Part shown: one piece after another, positions 1 through 7,109 of the stretch
Layout of the letters: every line of letters begins with the position of its first letter
Position numbering within the stretch: the stretch's first letter is position 1
Source: Tagaea sp. CACIAM 22H2
Lineage (GTDB): Bacteria > Pseudomonadota > Alphaproteobacteria > CACIAM-22H2
Direction of reading: 5' to 3'
NCBI GenBank assembly: GCA_014444615.1
Contig: PVXE01000018.1
Coordinates: forward strand, 246 to 64,245
DNA: 64,000 bases
Translations under genes and position numbers: made by a program
Notes under the pieces: model-generated
The model's input: only the letters and a program-made list of their open reading frames with translations
Told to the model about the DNA's origin: nothing
The model's database searches: none

Positions 1-224
1 CGCTTCTTGCCAGCCTCCATGAACTTCTTCGACCTCACGTAATACAGGCTCTCCGCGATGCCTTCCCGCCGGCACGACTCGGCGATCGTGTGCTCGCCCC
101 GAAGCCCTGAGATCATGATCCGGATCTTCTCTTCGGCCGAGTACGCCTCGCGCGTCTGGCGGCGAATCTCGCGGACATGCTGCTCGGCTGTGCCGTTCGG
201 CGGCGTCTGCTTCATCGGTCTCAT
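1..224 (-). CDS. IS3-family transposase OrfA, N-terminal part (possibly decayed)
   Basis: Manual translation MRPMKQTPPNGTAEQHVREIRRQTREAYSAEEKIRIMISGLRGEHTIAESCRREGIAESLYYVRSKKFMEAGKKR matches the RRxxSAEEKIRIVLxGLRGExSIAELCRREGI HTH pattern of IS3 OrfA. Not in the ORF track. Confidence 0.85.
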   Translation of the reverse strand, partial: MRPMKQTPPNGTAEQHVREIRRQTREAYSAEEKIRIMISGLRGEHTIAESCRREGIAESLYYVRSKKFMEAGKK

Positions 225-319
225 CCTCGTCCCTCTCAACGGTGACGATGAACCGAAATCACTCCATTACGCAAATCGATCAAACTGCCCTATGGGCGCT
301 GACGGGGGGGGGGGGGGCA
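1..319 (-). mobile_element. IS3-family insertion sequence, left end (runs off the window)
   Basis: Minus strand encodes an IS3-type OrfA N-terminus. Upstream segment aactgccctatgggcgctgac(G14)ca resembles the terminal inverted repeat, with 5'-TG on the minus strand at 319-318. Exact end is uncertain because of the G run. Confidence 0.75.
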
Positions 320-383
320 GGCTTCAGAGGCTCAGACCACTCCAGCTCTGGCTAGGGTGATCAAAAATGACCAGGAAAATGAG

Positions 384-682
384 TAGGCCCAATCTGGGCC
401 CATTCTGTGGCGTTCGAATTGAGCTCGTAAGCTTGCCATGGTTCTAATTAGGTGGTCCTTATAGCCATCTTAGGACCAAAGAGTAGACCACCGAGGTGAT
501 AGAATTTCGCTAAACTCTCAAATATTCCAGCCTCTATCAGAAAAATTGAACGATGGACGATAATTAAAATCCTGAAGCAGTGACAACACGTTTGCAGGAA
601 ATTAAAAAGTCGTCATTGTGACTGCCAATGACTAGGTCCAATCGCGGCCCAACGTATCTAGTAGGGCCCATTTAGGGCCGAT
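384..682 (+). repeat. Degenerate ~10-bp direct repeats (TAGGNCCAA-like), often paired at 11-bp spacing
   Basis: taggcccaat 384, tgggcccatt 395, taggaccaaa 471, tagaccacc 484, taggtccaat 633, gcggcccaac 644, tagggcccat 662, tagggccgat 673. Confidence 0.55.
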
Positions 683-1103
683 ACAACATAGTGAGAATTA
701 GAGTTAGCATGCCGCCAAAACAGAAAGTCACTACCAGCACTGCAACTAGATCCCCTTGCGTCCATTTACTGTGAACATTTTTTTCCTGACGGAACTGTCG
801 AAGCTGCACGGCAAGTCTTTCGACTTGCCTGGCCAGCATTTCTAATCGCTCATCTGGTTTTTGAAGATAGTTGAGCAGGCTCTCAATTTTTATCTCAATT
901 TGCTTCTGTCCGGAGAACTGACCGAAACGATCGAAAGTTTTCTGGTCATTGAATTTGCACAACAAGCGCCGCAGGGCTTCTGATTTACTCTCCCCATCCC
1001 GCAATTCACCGTCGAGTATTGCAAGATGTTCTTGGCCGAGGCCAAATTTGACTTGCTGAATTTTACTGCTAGAGCCCGGAGTCTCGCCATCTAACGAGGA
1101 CAT
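672..1103 (-). CDS. Hypothetical protein: ribbon-helix-helix-like N-terminus, coiled coil, C-terminal transmembrane helix
   Basis: 143-aa ORF. QQVKFGL-GQEHLAILD-...-GESKSEALRRLL fits the RHH strand-helix-helix pattern; heptad-like LEMLARQVERLAVQLRQ; hydrophobic tail LVAVLVVTFCFGGMLTLILTMLY. Confidence 0.65.
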   Translation of the reverse strand: MSSLDGETPGSSSKIQQVKFGLGQEHLAILDGELRDGESKSEALRRLLCKFNDQKTFDRFGQFSGQKQIEIKIESLLNYLQKPDERLEMLARQVERLAVQLRQFRQEKNVHSKWTQGDLVAVLVVTFCFGGMLTLILTMLYRP

Positions 1104-1309
1104 CGCTAGCCAATCCCATTTCTCAGAGCCTTGAACGCCTGCCGTTACTAAGGGTTATATACGCAGAACCGATACGGACAAGGTTCAGCAATCAACTGAG
1201 GAGGGTTTCGCTCTATTGCCACGCCTTTGAATCTAGGAATGTCAATAAGAAGACTTTGCTCTTAGAGGTGCCCCCTTGTTTGGCACGGAAAAACCCGTAC
1301 AAACTTTAG

Positions 1310-1618
1310 GTGAGCCGCCGATCATCACGCTTAGAAATTTTTCTGCAGCCGCGCTTACTCAATGCGCGCGCCGCCGCCCTATATTTGGGCCTAACAGAAT
1401 CTGAATTTCAGGAATTTATTGTCCCTATCGCAGCTACGTTTCGACTTGCGTCAACGTTAAACAAAGGTCACCAATCACGACCATTGTTTGATCGCATCCA
1501 ACTTGATCGATTGATCAACCAAATATCAAATATCAAAGATGATACGAGATCACTATCCTCGAGCCTGTCAGAGGCTGCACTCAAAGCTGCAGTCCGGTAT
1601 CGCTCCTCCAAATTCTAA
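1310..1618 (+). CDS. Excisionase-like helix-turn-helix protein
   Basis: PRLLNARAAALYLGLTESEF...LFDRIQLDRLI is the typical Xis/HTH_17-like pattern; convergent with and overlapping the integrase. GTG start is uncertain. Confidence 0.7.
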   Translation: MSRRSSRLEIFLQPRLLNARAAALYLGLTESEFQEFIVPIAATFRLASTLNKGHQSRPLFDRIQLDRLINQISNIKDDTRSLSSSLSEAALKAAVRYRSSKF

Positions 1619-2750
1619 CTGCGGAGGCCGCCATTTTTTCGGTTCGAGGTATGTACTCCTCTAAAATTGTCGAAGTGCCGGAAAGAGAATGGCCTGAGAT
1701 TGCCGCGATCTGCTGGGGGGTCGCCCCCAATTCTGATAGCCAAACCATTCCACTGCGACGAAGCGCCTGAAAGTTCAGCTTGAGATTTGCCGCCTTTACC
1801 CAAGTCGCCCACCGACGCATGAAGCGCCTTCGAGAATATCGGCCCTTCGAAATCGGGCTTTGAATTAGCAACCGCTTATCACCTGGCTTTATTTCTTGCC
1901 GCTCAAGCTCTGCACGTAGGGTCGGGTGCAAAGGAAATCCGATAAACTCGCCTGTCTTGTTTTGATTGAGACGCAACCACCATTCTCCATCCCGCTCTAC
2001 GATCATATCGCCGCGCATATCGAGTATGTCGCTTTGTCGTTGAACGGTAAAAACCCCAAGCAGAATTGCAAGCCGCATATCGTCGGGCGTTGATTTCTCT
2101 TGGATCTGAGGCTTACCGTTCGTGAAGCTTGGATTGCCACCAACATTTATTCTACGTTTTGCGTTTAAGAACTTTTGGATATCTTCAGACTTCCAAATCG
2201 AATTTCTTTTTTTGTCACGCCGATTACGCCGTTGATCGCGGGTCTCAAATTTACCTGGACTCGTAAACGGATTTTGAACGTTCGTCAGGCCCTGCTGCAA
2301 AAGCCAATTCCAAAATGCCCGAGCAGTCACAATCATGTGCTTCCCCCCGGTTGGCCCATGCGACCGAATGAAGCTCTTCTTCGCTGCGGCAGCCACATCA
2401 CGTGAGATCGCCGCGAATGGAAACGCACCCCAGAGTTCCTCAAGGCGACCAAGATTCCGCCGCCAAAGTTCTTTGGTCGTTAGTGCAAGGGCCGACCATT
2501 CGACCGAGGCCATATACTTTTGAATGCCTTCACCGATCGAACCTGGCGTTCTCTCGCGAAGCGCACCGCCTTTTCTTAGGGCGGTGATCGCTTTGTAGCG
2601 CGCGAGAACTTCCGTCTCGTTCTCGGACGAGCCCAGATTCATCCCACTGCGACGGTGGCGGTAATAGATTCTGACGCGGCCAGTAGCCGTCACTTTTTTG
2701 ACAGCCTGAACGCCTTCAAGCTTCAAAACCATCCGCACCCCCGTAGCCAA
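1581..2750 (-). CDS. Tyrosine recombinase / phage-type integrase
   Basis: 389 aa; N-terminal arm-binding-like YYRHRR; catalytic R (QRQSDIL), K (QNKT), QALRR in place of HxLR, SGH and Y (EEY); adjacent to a tRNA. Alternative ATG start at 2732. Confidence 0.92.
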   Translation of the reverse strand: MATGVRMVLKLEGVQAVKKVTATGRVRIYYRHRRSGMNLGSSENETEVLARYKAITALRKGGALRERTPGSIGEGIQKYMASVEWSALALTTKELWRRNLGRLEELWGAFPFAAISRDVAAAAKKSFIRSHGPTGGKHMIVTARAFWNWLLQQGLTNVQNPFTSPGKFETRDQRRNRRDKKRNSIWKSEDIQKFLNAKRRINVGGNPSFTNGKPQIQEKSTPDDMRLAILLGVFTVQRQSDILDMRGDMIVERDGEWWLRLNQNKTGEFIGFPLHPTLRAELERQEIKPGDKRLLIQSPISKGRYSRRRFMRRWATWVKAANLKLNFQALRRSGMVWLSELGATPQQIAAISGHSLSGTSTILEEYIPRTEKMAASAVRIWRSDTGLQL

Positions 2751-2766
2751 AAAAGCGACAGAGGGA

Positions 2767-2806
2767 TTCTACGGGTGTAGAGCACCCGTAGAAAAGGTGT
2801 AGAAAA
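2767..2806. repeat. att-region inverted/direct repeats (candidate integrase arm sites or tRNA terminator)
   Basis: Perfect 11-bp inverted repeat TTCTACGGGTG-TAGAG-CACCCGTAGAA (2767-2793) plus three tandem GTAGA-cored units up to 2806. Confidence 0.6.
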
Positions 2807-2819
2807 TCGGGAAATCCGC

Positions 2820-2896
2820 TGGTCGGAGCGAGAGGATTCGAACCTCCGGCCCCTAGCTCCCGAAGCTAGTGCTCTACCAGGCTGAGCTACGCTCCG
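2820..2896 (-). tRNA. tRNA-Pro (anticodon CGG)
   Basis: CGGAGCGTAGCTCAGCCTGGTAGAGCACTAGCTTCGGGAGCTAGGGGCCGGAGGTTCGAATCCTCTCGCTCCGACCA, 77 nt, cloverleaf with GTTCGAA T-loop and encoded CCA. Confidence 0.98.
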
Positions 2897-3014
2897 ACCG
2901 TGCGGGGCCGTCCCTATACCGCCCCTGGCCGCCCTTCGCAAGCGATTGATGGGGCGGGTTTTCCGGCCCCGTTTTGGGGCCCGAAAATAGCGCTTTCCGG
3001 CGATCTCGAGACTT

Positions 3015-3029
3015 TGGCACGCGGGTTGC
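3015..3029 (+). promoter_or_regulatory. sigma54 -24/-12 promoter
   Basis: TGGCAC-GCGGG-TTGC, an exact match to TGGCAC-N5-TTGC, 15 nt before the ATG at 3045. IHF-like ATCAA-N4-TTG on the minus strand at about 2939-2951. Confidence 0.75.
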
Positions 3030-3044
3030 GATACCCTGCCGGCA

Positions 3045-3800
3045 ATGACCGTCGAAACCATCGCCACCCGCCCCGCCCCCGCCGCGATCAGCCAGGCTCT
3101 GGCCGAGCCCGCGCGCCGGGGCACGGCCGCTTTCGCCGAATTGCTGGCGACCGCGCGGCGCGAAAGCGGCCTGAAAACCGACGCCAAGAACCCGAATTCC
3201 AGCGCCACGGGGCTTTTCCAGTTCACCGAGCAGACCTGGCTGGAGCTGGTGCGCCGCCACGGCGCCAAATACGGCATGGGCGACGCGGCCGCGAAAATCG
3301 CGCGCGATCCCGCCACCGGCCGGAACGAAGTGCCGAGTGCGGACGACCGATCGGCAATTCTTGCCCTGCGCAAAGACGCCAAACTCGCCGCCGCGATGGC
3401 CGGCGAATTGTCGAAGACCAACCGCAACAGTTTGCAAAAGGCGCTGGGCCGCGAGCCGACCTATCAAGAGGTTTACGCCGCGCATTTCCTGGGCGCTTCG
3501 GGTGCCGTGCGGCTGATCAAAGCCGCCGAAGCCAATCCCGACCAGCCCGCCAATCGCGTGCTGCCGGTCGCCGCCAAGGCGAACCGCGCGGTGTTCCACG
3601 ATCGCGACGCCAAACGCGCGCGCACAGCGGGCGAGGTCGCGCAGCGCCTCGACCTCGACGGCATCACCGACACGCGCGGGCGCGTGTCGGGTGCCGAGTT
3701 CACCGAAGGCATCGTCGTCGCGCGCGGCCGCCGGCCCGATGCCGCGCCGAACGCGTTGTCGGCGCAGCTTCAGGCCCAGCTGACGGCGAACGAAGGCTAA
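3045..3800 (+). CDS. Lytic transglycosylase (SLT/lysozyme-like) domain protein
   Basis: ARRESGL...AKNPNSSATGLFQF..QTW and YAAHFLG motifs, with the catalytic Glu in RES. Confidence 0.88.
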   Translation: MTVETIATRPAPAAISQALAEPARRGTAAFAELLATARRESGLKTDAKNPNSSATGLFQFTEQTWLELVRRHGAKYGMGDAAAKIARDPATGRNEVPSADDRSAILALRKDAKLAAAMAGELSKTNRNSLQKALGREPTYQEVYAAHFLGASGAVRLIKAAEANPDQPANRVLPVAAKANRAVFHDRDAKRARTAGEVAQRLDLDGITDTRGRVSGAEFTEGIVVARGRRPDAAPNALSAQLQAQLTANEG

Positions 3801-3806
3801 GACCGG

Positions 3807-5750
3807 TCAGGAACCGATCTCGCCGCCGTCAATCTTTTCGACCGCGATCACCGCGGGGCGCGGCGGCCAGTCGTCGCGGAAATCCGGCCAGCGCGTCGAC
3901 GGGTTCTCGTAATTCGAACCGCGCGCCTCGCCCGGATGCTGAATGGCGAGGAACAGCGTCTTGCCGTCGGGCGTGAAACACGGCCCGCAGACTTCCGCGC
4001 CCGAGGGCGCGCCGTAGATGCGCTTCGTGACCGCACGCCCCGGCCCTTCGGTATCGGTGCCGAACAAGCCGTCGGCACGGGCGGGCGAGGCTTGCGTGGG
4101 CATGCCGTCGGTCGAGATCCACATGCGGCCCTTCGGATCGAAGGCGACATTGTCGGGGGCCGCGAGCCAGCCATGCGGCCCCACGCCAGCACCGTATTTG
4201 GCGCCCGACGCCGGATCGGCGGGATCCCCGCCCATCAGGAATATGTCCCAACGGAACACATCGGCCGCATGATCGGCCTTCGCCCCGCGCCCGCCGGGCG
4301 GAATCATCTCGACGACATGGCCCGTGCGGCTGCCCACGCGCGGATTGGCGGGGTTGACGCGCGTGCGCGCCTCGGCCGCATCCGCCGCCGCGCGGCGTTC
4401 GTTATAGGTGCACATCACATAGGTGCGCCCCGTCACCGGATTGGTCTCGACGTCTTCGGGACGATCCATCGGCGTGGCGCCGACGAGATCGGCCGCACGG
4501 CGCGCCTCGATCAGAACGTCGGCTTGGCTGTCGAAACCGTTCGCGGCGGTCAGCGGCCCTTGCCCGTGGACGAGCGGCAGCCAGCGCAACGAACCATCCG
4601 CGTCGAACCGCGCGACCGACAACGTGCCTTCATCCAGCAGATCGCGATTGGCCCGGCGGTTCTTCGGATCGAACTTGCCCGCCGAAACGAAGCGATAGAC
4701 GTATTCGAAACGCTCGTCGTCGCCCGAATAGACCGCGACGCGCCCGTCCGGGCACACGACGCAAGTGGCACCCTCGTGTTTGAAGCGGCCCAACGCCGTG
4801 CGCTTCACCGGCGAGGATTTCGGATCGTATGGATCGTATTCAACGACCCAGCCGTAACGGTTGGGCTCGTTCGGGTTCTTCTCGACGTTGAAGCGCTCGA
4901 AATACGTCGCCCAGGGCGCGCCTTGAAAGGGCTGCACGCCGTAGCGGCGATGGTTGCGCGCCTCGGGCGTTTTCGCCGCGTCACCGCCGAAATAGCCGTT
5001 GAAGTTTTCCTCGCCCGACAAAACCGTGCCCCAGGGCGTGACGCCGCCAGCACAGTTGTTCAGCGTGCCGACGACCAGCGTGCCGGTGCGATCTTCGTTG
5101 GAGCGCAAGCGCGGATGCCCGGCGGCCGGGCCCGAAACGTGGAACATCTCGCCCGAACCCGACAGGCGGCGGTTGAACTTGCTATCGCGCACGAAGCGCC
5201 ATTCGCCGCCGATCTTCGCGACCTCGATCACCGACAAGCCATGCGCGGCCATCTCGACCTCGCATTGCTCCTTGGTCTGGTTGCCGCGCTCGCCGATGCC
5301 CGGGAACATCAGGTTCCCGTTGCAGTACTCGTGATTGACGTGCAGCAAGCCGCGCGTCGAACTGCGCGAACCGTATGGCAGCGGGAAGAACGCCATGAAA
5401 TCGTTGTTGTAGCCGAATTGGCGTTCCTGCTTGGCGCCGCTCTGCGCGCGCGGATCGAAAGCGGGCGCATCGGCGAATAGCGGATCGCCCCATTTAATGA
5501 CGAAGCTGCGCTTGTAGCCGGGTGCGACGCGATCCTGCGCATTCATCACGCTGTCGGCGTCGGCGAATTTCAACGACGAGCGCCCGGCCTGCGCCTGTGC
5601 GTCCTCGGGCAGCGCCGCGACAAGCCCCGCCGCGGCCGCACCGCCCAACAAGGCGCGCCGGCTCAAACGTTCTTGCGCGATGTCACCGAACACGCGGCCC
5701 ATCGCGCGCGCGATGCCAATCGATTCCGGATCGTCTTCGAATTCCGCCAT
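3807..5750 (-). CDS. phoX: PhoX-family alkaline phosphatase (Tat-exported)
   Basis: SRRALL twin-arginine signal; VNHEY, NCAGGVTPWGTVLSGEEN, GRFKHE, MDRPED, PDN and IQHPGE motifs. Confidence 0.93.
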   Translation of the reverse strand: MAEFEDDPESIGIARAMGRVFGDIAQERLSRRALLGGAAAAGLVAALPEDAQAQAGRSSLKFADADSVMNAQDRVAPGYKRSFVIKWGDPLFADAPAFDPRAQSGAKQERQFGYNNDFMAFFPLPYGSRSSTRGLLHVNHEYCNGNLMFPGIGERGNQTKEQCEVEMAAHGLSVIEVAKIGGEWRFVRDSKFNRRLSGSGEMFHVSGPAAGHPRLRSNEDRTGTLVVGTLNNCAGGVTPWGTVLSGEENFNGYFGGDAAKTPEARNHRRYGVQPFQGAPWATYFERFNVEKNPNEPNRYGWVVEYDPYDPKSSPVKRTALGRFKHEGATCVVCPDGRVAVYSGDDERFEYVYRFVSAGKFDPKNRRANRDLLDEGTLSVARFDADGSLRWLPLVHGQGPLTAANGFDSQADVLIEARRAADLVGATPMDRPEDVETNPVTGRTYVMCTYNERRAAADAAEARTRVNPANPRVGSRTGHVVEMIPPGGRGAKADHAADVFRWDIFLMGGDPADPASGAKYGAGVGPHGWLAAPDNVAFDPKGRMWISTDGMPTQASPARADGLFGTDTEGPGRAVTKRIYGAPSGAEVCGPCFTPDGKTLFLAIQHPGEARGSNYENPSTRWPDFRDDWPPRPAVIAVEKIDGGEIGS

Positions 5751-5769
5751 TTTCCCCTCCCCCGGGTTT

Positions 5770-5787
5770 ATGACGGAAATATTACGA
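5770..5787 (-). promoter_or_regulatory. Pho-box-like direct repeat upstream of phoX
   Basis: Minus strand TCGTAAT-ATTT-CCGTCAT, 11-bp period. Unusually close to the start codon. Confidence 0.4.
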
Positions 5788-5825
5788 TCCGAGCTCGTCG
5801 AATAGCGAGTCTTGTTTTGCTCGGC

Positions 5826-7025
5826 TCACCGCGCCGGTTGCGGCACGAATTTCTCGGCACGGGACTTGGCTTCGGCAATCTGCGCCGCGCTCAAATTCGC
5901 ACTTAAATTATCGCGGGCCGTCGCCGCGCCACGGACTTTGCGTTCGGCCGCAAGGCTGAACCAAGCATAGGCCGCGACCGGATCGAATTCGCGGCCGCGC
6001 CCGCTCGCCAGCAGTCTCGCCAGCAGAAACATGGCATCCGCATGATTTTGCAAAGCGGCTTTCTCGAGATAGTGCGCGGCCGCCTTGTCGTCGCGTAAAG
6101 GGCTGACCCACTCGAGAAACATGGAACCGACGATGTACTGAAATTCGGGGATACCCCCATCCCCGGCGAGACGCATGTAGCGATTCGCTTCATCGCGGTA
6201 GGTCCGAACATAGTTGCCGCGCGAATAGGCGATGCCAAGCTGGATCGCCGCGATTGCCGCCGGACGGCCGCTTTCCTCGGCCGAAGCACGAAGCCGCACA
6301 ACAGACAGATCCATCGTCAGTCGCGCCAACCCGCTCGCATCACCGCCGGCGGGGATCAACCCCATCCGCTCGGCGAGCAATTTGCGGGCGGCGACCATTG
6401 CTTCCAGATGCGGCATGCCCGGCCACACTGACGAATGATAGAGGGTGCCCAATGTCGTTACGTCGGCTTCGGTAAATCTGGATATCCCGTGCCGCGTGAA
6501 ACTCAGCACCGAGTCGAGATCATTGGGATGTCCCGGAATTCCGAAACCATGCAGCATCGCGCGCAAAATGCAGCGCGTGTATTCGCGGCTTCCCGTCCGA
6601 ATATAGAGTTCGACCCGCGTCATAATGCCTTGGATGTGCCAAGTACGAGCCAAGCAACCTGCGTCGGGAATTATCGGCGGCGCGCCATATTCGGGAAAGA
6701 ACTCAATCTTGAAATTCTCGCCACTCCTCGCACCGTTCTCGACCACAATCGCGAGATTGGCGAGTTCCGCAGCCTCGTTAAGGACTTTGAGGAGAAATGA
6801 TCGCTCACTCGACGACGAGCGCCCGGCCATGCGAACGCGCAAGGGCTGCTGCCAGCGTATAACCCCGCCTGTCGACTCCAAAGCGCCCGTCGGCAGGCCC
6901 GTCGCGACGCGCCACAGCGCCATCCGCTCGAACGCATCAAGGGCCGCCGACAATTTCGCTTCGTCGGCGCGCGCGGGCGCTACGCCCAAAACCAAAGCAG
7001 CCAGCAACGCCATCCAGATCCGCAT
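5826..7025 (-). CDS. Exported protein with DUF2927/zincin-like domain and C-terminal Sel1 repeats
   Basis: Signal peptide ending APARA; CILRAMLHGFGIPGH..DSVLS..FTEAD zincin-like segment; Sel1 repeats (KAALQNHADAMFLLARL, DPVAAYAWFSLAA). Confidence 0.7.
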   Translation of the reverse strand: MRIWMALLAALVLGVAPARADEAKLSAALDAFERMALWRVATGLPTGALESTGGVIRWQQPLRVRMAGRSSSSERSFLLKVLNEAAELANLAIVVENGARSGENFKIEFFPEYGAPPIIPDAGCLARTWHIQGIMTRVELYIRTGSREYTRCILRAMLHGFGIPGHPNDLDSVLSFTRHGISRFTEADVTTLGTLYHSSVWPGMPHLEAMVAARKLLAERMGLIPAGGDASGLARLTMDLSVVRLRASAEESGRPAAIAAIQLGIAYSRGNYVRTYRDEANRYMRLAGDGGIPEFQYIVGSMFLEWVSPLRDDKAAAHYLEKAALQNHADAMFLLARLLASGRGREFDPVAAYAWFSLAAERKVRGAATARDNLSANLSAAQIAEAKSRAEKFVPQPAR

Positions 7026-7109
7026 ACGCCTTCCCCGGATTAACTCCGGGAAAGGCTAAACAGACGGGTGCGCGGCGTAAAGGCCGATCAACTCCCGGTA
7101 CGTAAGGGC

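Larger units (their letters stand above)
320..2819. mobile_element. Integrative element / genomic island inserted at the 3' end of tRNA-Pro (far boundary not visible)
   Basis: Abrupt shift to AT-richer sequence immediately past the tRNA CCA end; carries an integrase and an excisionase-like gene. No second att copy seen in the window. Confidence 0.8.

Noticed and set aside
58..360. 100-aa plus-strand ORF
   Set aside because: Antisense shadow of the IS3 orfA; its Gly run comes from the G homopolymer.
396..441. Polylinker-like cluster of 6-bp palindromes (GGGCCC, TTCGAA, GAGCTC, AAGCTT, CCATGG)
   Set aside because: The order matches no vector MCS I recognise and the flanks are not vector-like. 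Probably chance; a UniVec screen would settle it.
384..682. Possible CRISPR array
   Set aside because: Repeats are only about 10 bp, degenerate and irregularly spaced. No cas genes or array were seen anywhere in the window.
1280..1295. TGGCAC upstream of the xis-like gene as a sigma54 promoter
   Set aside because: No TTGC at the -12 position.
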